Notes under the pieces: model-generated
Databases searched by the model: none
Told to the model about the DNA's origin: nothing
Seen by the model: the letters and a program-made list of their open reading frames with translations, nothing else
Shown here: piece by piece, positions 17,556 to 22,088 of the stretch
How positions within the stretch are numbered: position 1 is the stretch's first letter
Layout of the letters: each line of letters begins with the position of its first letter
Position numbers and translations under genes: made by a program
NCBI GenBank assembly: GCA_013375475.1
Contig: JABXKD010000063.1
Span: forward strand, 1 to 22,088
Length of the DNA stretch: 22,088 bases
Reading direction: 5' to 3'
Origin: Promethearchaeota archaeon
GTDB lineage: Archaea > Asgardarchaeota > Lokiarchaeia > Sigyniarchaeales > SOKP01

Positions 17556-18614
17556 TTATAAAATATCTTTATCATCGAGAGGGATGTGGATAGCAAATTC
17601 ACAACTTTCATCCCCGTTTAATAAAGTTTTCAAAATTTCGATTCGAACGGGTTTCTTTAAAATACCTTCCCATATCTGTCTATACCATCCGGCACTACAA
17701 TTGCAAAAAGTCGTAGAAATTCCCTCGTCCAAATATTCACGGACCAAAGAGCAATGACAATAGTTGCGTTTCTTTTCATCTTGAGTTTTTGCATTTTTGT
17801 AACCCTCTAAGTTATATGGTATTTTAGTTGTATAGATCACACTCCCTCTTCGCGTAGGATTTTCATACCAAAGATAATCTTTTTGCATTTCCTCTACAAC
17901 TGCATCTATGCTTCCAGATACTACATAAATATCTCTTAATTTATCAATTCGCTTTTGAGAAAATTCGTGAGCACAATTAGACAAAATCTCATATTTTTGA
18001 TAATTATCAGCAACTATATCCAATTCTTTTAAGACGCTTTTTACCCATTGATTTTTTTCTTCTCGTGAAGTCTCAACATTAAACAATTCTTTATATTTCA
18101 TTATATTTTTAGATTTTTCTTTATCATCTAAGACTTTATCTAAGTTTTTTTGCAAATTATTGTCCCATAAATGAATTATTCCTTGGATCTCTACACGGTT
18201 ATTTTCGGAGTCAGTTTTGCCAATTTCTTGGAAAACTAGTCGAATTTTAGTTGTCCCTAAAACAGCATGTTCACTAAAATAATTAAAAAGTTTTTGAGAA
18301 GTTTCACTTAGCATATTATAGGATCCTTGATGAGATATTGATAATACTTCAACATTTTCAAGCGTTTTAACATTAAATCCTTCTTCATTAAAATTTTTAT
18401 CAATAGGGAGGCATAAATCTATGTCCGATCCCCCTTCACTATAAACGCCATAATCAATAACCACTATAATTGGATTGGGAGGGAAGATTATAAAACTTTC
18501 TCGAAATTCTTCAATTTTCGAAGGTACATCTTTTAATTCTCCCCGAAAATTATAATAGGCTACGAAAATTGGCTCAATTTGTTTATGAATAATTCCTAAT
18601 TCTTTTAGAGACAT
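17556..18614 (-). CDS. GyrI-like small-molecule-binding domain fused to a DUF6144 (V4R-like, Cys-rich) domain
   Basis: N-terminal GyrI-like segments (DIDLCLPI, EVLSISHQGSYNML...LFNYF). C-terminal CAH, YCHCSL, TFCNCSAGW, PVRIEILKTLLNGDESCEFAI. Confidence 0.75.
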   Translation of the reverse strand: MSLKELGIIHKQIEPIFVAYYNFRGELKDVPSKIEEFRESFIIFPPNPIIVVIDYGVYSEGGSDIDLCLPIDKNFNEEGFNVKTLENVEVLSISHQGSYNMLSETSQKLFNYFSEHAVLGTTKIRLVFQEIGKTDSENNRVEIQGIIHLWDNNLQKNLDKVLDDKEKSKNIMKYKELFNVETSREEKNQWVKSVLKELDIVADNYQKYEILSNCAHEFSQKRIDKLRDIYVVSGSIDAVVEEMQKDYLWYENPTRRGSVIYTTKIPYNLEGYKNAKTQDEKKRNYCHCSLVREYLDEGISTTFCNCSAGWYRQIWEGILKKPVRIEILKTLLNGDESCEFAIHIPLDDKDIL

Positions 18615-18753
18615 TTGAAAAAACTCCTAAATTTTCCGTATTTCAATTAGGTTAAAACATGTAATTTAATAAAAGTAATTAAATTAAGTTAAGAAGTTTC
18701 CATATTCTTCCAAAAAATTTGTAAAAGAGATTGAAGTTAAATTTAAAATGTTC

Positions 18754-20460
18754 TCATTTTTTCCATATTTTACACAACATATGTGCTGCCATTTTGGGCC
18801 GCCGATCACGAGTAAAAACCCCTTTATGATTCATTGATCCCATTCTCATTATCCCTTGAGATGTTTTAAAATCACATAGATTCCATACATGTTCACCTAT
18901 AACATAAGGTTTACTTCGGCATACACCGATGTATTTTCTCAAGAATTCAGTTTGATATTCTTCGCTAAACATTTCGGGGGGTTGAGAGTGCCATCCCGGA
19001 ATTGTATCTGCTCCAAATTCACTTAGAATAATTGGTTTGCGATGTTTTTCATATAATTTGTCCATTTCTTTAGAAAGAATTTCGCACGCTTCGTCAATTT
19101 TTCCGGGTTGCATATACCATCCATAGTAACGATTGATACATAATACATCGCAGAATTCAAAAGCTTTATCTTTTACAGCCATCATATGTACAATAGTAAT
19201 AGGCCTAGTATTATCTAATGCTCTTGTTTTATTATAAAGTTCCTTAAAGAACTCCTTAGATTTCAGGCTACTATGAGGTTCATTTGCTAAACTCCACATT
19301 ATCACGCTTGGATGGTTTTTGTCTCTCTTTATCAATTCTTCAATGTATTGATGGCACAATTCTAGTTGTCTTTCGATAACATTTTTTCCAAAGGTAAGAC
19401 CTACGGCAGGAATCTCGTCAATAACTAAAAAACCAAGACGATCTGCTAAATCCATCATTTGTTCTGAGTATGGATAATGCGATGTTCGAAAAGAATTAGC
19501 TCCGATCCATTTCATTAATGAGTAATCTTTAATTATTAATGCCGGAACATACCCTCTCCCCGTAATTGGAAAATCTTCGTGGCGACCAAATCCAGTTAAA
19601 TAAATGGGTTTACTATTTAATAGCAACTTATCATCCTTCACTTCTATAGTTCGGATTCCTACTTTAAGTGAATAAGAGTCTATTATAAAATCACCTTTAA
19701 CGATGTCCACTGTTAGATCGTATAAATTAGGTGATTCTGTATTCCAAAATTTCGCTCCGTTTACTTCTAAAGCCATTTTTTGAATATCATTTTCAATTTT
19801 AGAGGTATCAATTATCTCTGTTCCAAATCCTTTTAGAGTGAGAGTCGTATACGCTTCATTTAAGCCATTAGTCTCTAATGTAACATCTATAATTCCCGTA
19901 GTATCCTTAATCGATGTTTGAACAGTTATATCTCGTAATCCTTTCTTAGGAATAGTATGTAGTAAAACAGGCCTATGAATACCACAAAATGGATAAAAAT
20001 CAAAGTTAGTTTGGGGATAGTTCATTGGTGTCCCACTGGGTGGTACGTGTTTATCCGATAATCTCCCATCAACTCTAACTACGAGAAGATTGTCTTCTGA
20101 TACGATCTTATTAGATATATCAAATTCAAAAGGTAAATGTCCCCCCTCGTGTCTTCCTATCAACTCTCCATTCAACCACACATCCGACAGATAATTAACT
20201 GAACCAAACCTTATCAGAGTTTTCCCATTTTCCCTGTCCCAAGGTTTCTTAAATTTGATTTGATACCATGCAGGACCGAGAAAATCGCGGTCGTCAGCAA
20301 ATTGATCATTCCAACTGGCAGGTACAGCGATTGGACAACTATTATTAAAGCCCGTTCTCCAATTTTCACCAACTCCTTTATCATCGGGATCAAATCGAAA
20401 ATCCCAAAATCCGGATAAATCGATATAATGACGAAACTTATTTCTTTGTGGATAAAGCAT
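18754..20460 (-). CDS. uidA: Beta-glucuronidase (glycoside hydrolase family 2)
   Basis: IAVPASWN, HEGGHLPF, FDFYPFCGIHRPV, GFGRHED, GANSFRTSHYPY, WSLANEP (acid/base), YYGWY, SEFGAD (nucleophile) and the GUS-type NHKG (NxK) motif. ATG 20460 is preferred over TTG 20466. Confidence 0.9.
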   Translation of the reverse strand: MLYPQRNKFRHYIDLSGFWDFRFDPDDKGVGENWRTGFNNSCPIAVPASWNDQFADDRDFLGPAWYQIKFKKPWDRENGKTLIRFGSVNYLSDVWLNGELIGRHEGGHLPFEFDISNKIVSEDNLLVVRVDGRLSDKHVPPSGTPMNYPQTNFDFYPFCGIHRPVLLHTIPKKGLRDITVQTSIKDTTGIIDVTLETNGLNEAYTTLTLKGFGTEIIDTSKIENDIQKMALEVNGAKFWNTESPNLYDLTVDIVKGDFIIDSYSLKVGIRTIEVKDDKLLLNSKPIYLTGFGRHEDFPITGRGYVPALIIKDYSLMKWIGANSFRTSHYPYSEQMMDLADRLGFLVIDEIPAVGLTFGKNVIERQLELCHQYIEELIKRDKNHPSVIMWSLANEPHSSLKSKEFFKELYNKTRALDNTRPITIVHMMAVKDKAFEFCDVLCINRYYGWYMQPGKIDEACEILSKEMDKLYEKHRKPIILSEFGADTIPGWHSQPPEMFSEEYQTEFLRKYIGVCRSKPYVIGEHVWNLCDFKTSQGIMRMGSMNHKGVFTRDRRPKMAAHMLCKIWKK

Positions 20461-20674
20461 TAACAATCCTCTTTATTTGGTATAAATTACAAAAAACTTC
20501 TTAAAATATTAATATAATTGAATTCTCTGAGATGAAGAAAGGTTTTCACACACATACTTTTCGTGGTTTTAAATACCATACAAATTTGTTAAACACTTAA
20601 AAATTAATTATCCTTATACTTATTTACTATATTTTGAAATTCAAATAATTGTGTAAGAGAGGTTTAAGAGCTAA

Positions 20675-21334
20675 ATGAGTTCTCAAAAAAGTTGTCCGAA
20701 GTGTGGTAAGTTAAACGTTATTAAGAATAAATATTGCATCAATTGTAGATTTCAGTTTGAGGAAAATGATTTTATTGAGTTTGAAATTGTTGAAAATTTA
20801 AAGACAAGTCTTTATGGAAGCTTAATTTGCATTTCGATATTTGTTGCATTTATGGTATTAGTTACGGTTGCAATAATATTTGAATACGGTCTCTTCGGCA
20901 CTATTTCAATTGTAATAATTTGGCCGATAACCATAGGTTTTATAGTGTGGGCAAGTCGTTAATTAAAAGGTCTCTCAAAATCTAGGAGATTTACGATAAA
21001 TAAAGATGTTATTGAAATAGTTGTTCCTCATAAGCCTACTCTTCGAATCAAATGGTCTGAATTTGATTCTATTGTAATCACAAAACGAGAATCAATGTCA
21101 GCAGTACCAACTGGAGAGGGAGTTATATTAGGACCGAAATTTGTATACTTTGGCTTGATTTTTAAGGGAAAATCATCAGAACGCAGCTATGAATTTGAGT
21201 CAGGTAAAGATTTCAAAGTGAGATCGAGGAAAAAAATTGTAATTGCTTTAGAAGAATCTTCTAAAAAGAGAGGAAAGGATTTTACAGGATGGAAATGGAA
21301 GGATAGAAGGAAGGCAAAAAAGGGTATAAACTAA
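20675..21334 (+). pseudogene. Zinc-ribbon + 2 TM + PH-like soluble domain protein, split by one in-frame TAA
   Basis: Track ORFs 20675..20962 and 21095..21334 share a frame. The 44 codons between them are open (LKGLSKSRRFTINKDVIEIVVPHKPTLRIKWSEFDSIVITKRES). The only internal stop is TAA 20960-20962. N-terminal CPKCG...CINC. Confidence 0.75.
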
Positions 21335-21339
21335 TAATC

Positions 21340-22086
21340 TTATAAAAGCGTTTGAGCAAATAGTTTTATTTTATCCTTAACGATTTTTTCAGAAGTCATT
21401 CGTTTGTCTCCCACATCTAAATCAATGAGAAGCATCGGGATTCCTACTTCGTCTCGTAAAGCTTCCCTTAGTATTTGAGGGACGCTTCCAAATTGTTTGC
21501 ACCCTATATGAGATGTAAAAACATAGCAATCAGCTGAGAATTCCTTTGCTAAATGAACGCACTCATCGATGAAAGAATAATAAAATTCTGCAGATTGTTT
21601 TACCATTGGTGCTTCCATAGTTTTAATGGCCATCCCATTAAGCATTGTTTCCAAATCAGAAGTTGTATCTATAGGTTCGGCAAAATTATAATTGAAAATA
21701 TCGAATAGAATTGACATCCCTAGTTCGCGATCTAACCATTCACATAGAGATAAATCAAAAAAAATGATCATGTAGGGCCATATACTTCGAATTTTTTCTT
21801 CTCCAGCATGATGTTCTTTTAGAGTATATCTTTGCTTTGCCACATTAAGCATCTCTTCATAGAATGTAATTTTTTCTGGGCGCCCAGATAAGTATATAGC
21901 GGCAGCGGCAGCCATGGCATTGAACATATTTTCAACAGGACAAGGTAATGCTTTTTTCAATTCAAATATCTCCATTTGCATGCTAAAAATTTTGTTTTCA
22001 ATTTCTAAAGCTCTCCGTAGCTTGTCATAATCGGGTTCTTGTCCAATTACTTTACCTAATTCTTCTAAACCTAATTTAATTTGTTC
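21340..22086 (-). CDS. 2-hydroxyacyl-CoA dehydratase subunit (HgdA/B, FldB/C, BcrB/C family); 5'-partial
   Basis: Frame is open to the window edge (EQIKLGLEELGKVIGQEPDYDKLRRALE...). Motifs ADCYVFTSHIGCKQ and GIPMLLIDLDVGDKR...KIKLF. Confidence 0.85.
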   Translation of the reverse strand, partial: EQIKLGLEELGKVIGQEPDYDKLRRALEIENKIFSMQMEIFELKKALPCPVENMFNAMAAAAAIYLSGRPEKITFYEEMLNVAKQRYTLKEHHAGEEKIRSIWPYMIIFFDLSLCEWLDRELGMSILFDIFNYNFAEPIDTTSDLETMLNGMAIKTMEAPMVKQSAEFYYSFIDECVHLAKEFSADCYVFTSHIGCKQFGSVPQILREALRDEVGIPMLLIDLDVGDKRMTSEKIVKDKIKLFAQTLL

Positions 22087-22088
22087 CC

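Noticed and set aside
1-22088. Genome-wide stop-codon reassignment
   Set aside because: Internal stops are of all three kinds, and TAA, TAG and TGA each terminate intact genes at family-appropriate ends.

Overview
Low-GC prokaryotic chromosomal window. Its gene content and layout (short AT-rich leaders, oligo-T terminators, SCP2, several CCG Fe-S proteins, paralog expansions) look like an Asgard (Lokiarchaeia-like) archaeon; this is inference only. The left part (+ strand) is a lipid or small-molecule oxidation cluster: two VAO/GlcD-type FAD oxidoreductase paralogs, an NMO/FabK-family flavoenzyme, SCP2, a CCG Fe-S protein, then an acyltransferase-3, a membrane-anchored DUF3604/PHP hydrolase and a small membrane protein. 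The rest is mostly - strand: a DUF4097-like beta-repeat protein, TatD, pyroglutamyl peptidase, coiled-coil proteins, two tandem CCG Fe-S paralogs, DUF6125, a GyrI-DUF6144 fusion, a GH2 beta-glucuronidase and a partial 2-hydroxyacyl-CoA dehydratase subunit. The best lead is a 29-nt hairpin-containing insert that splits the DUF6125 gene inside a conserved motif. It folds into a relaxed bulge-helix-bulge whose canonical cuts restore the frame, so it is a candidate archaeal mRNA intron. Also seen: an apparent ~720-bp CATG-bounded inversion breaking a membrane-protein gene, several genes with in-frame stops, and small ORFs missed by the ORF track. No rRNA, tRNA, CRISPR array or transposase was recognised.
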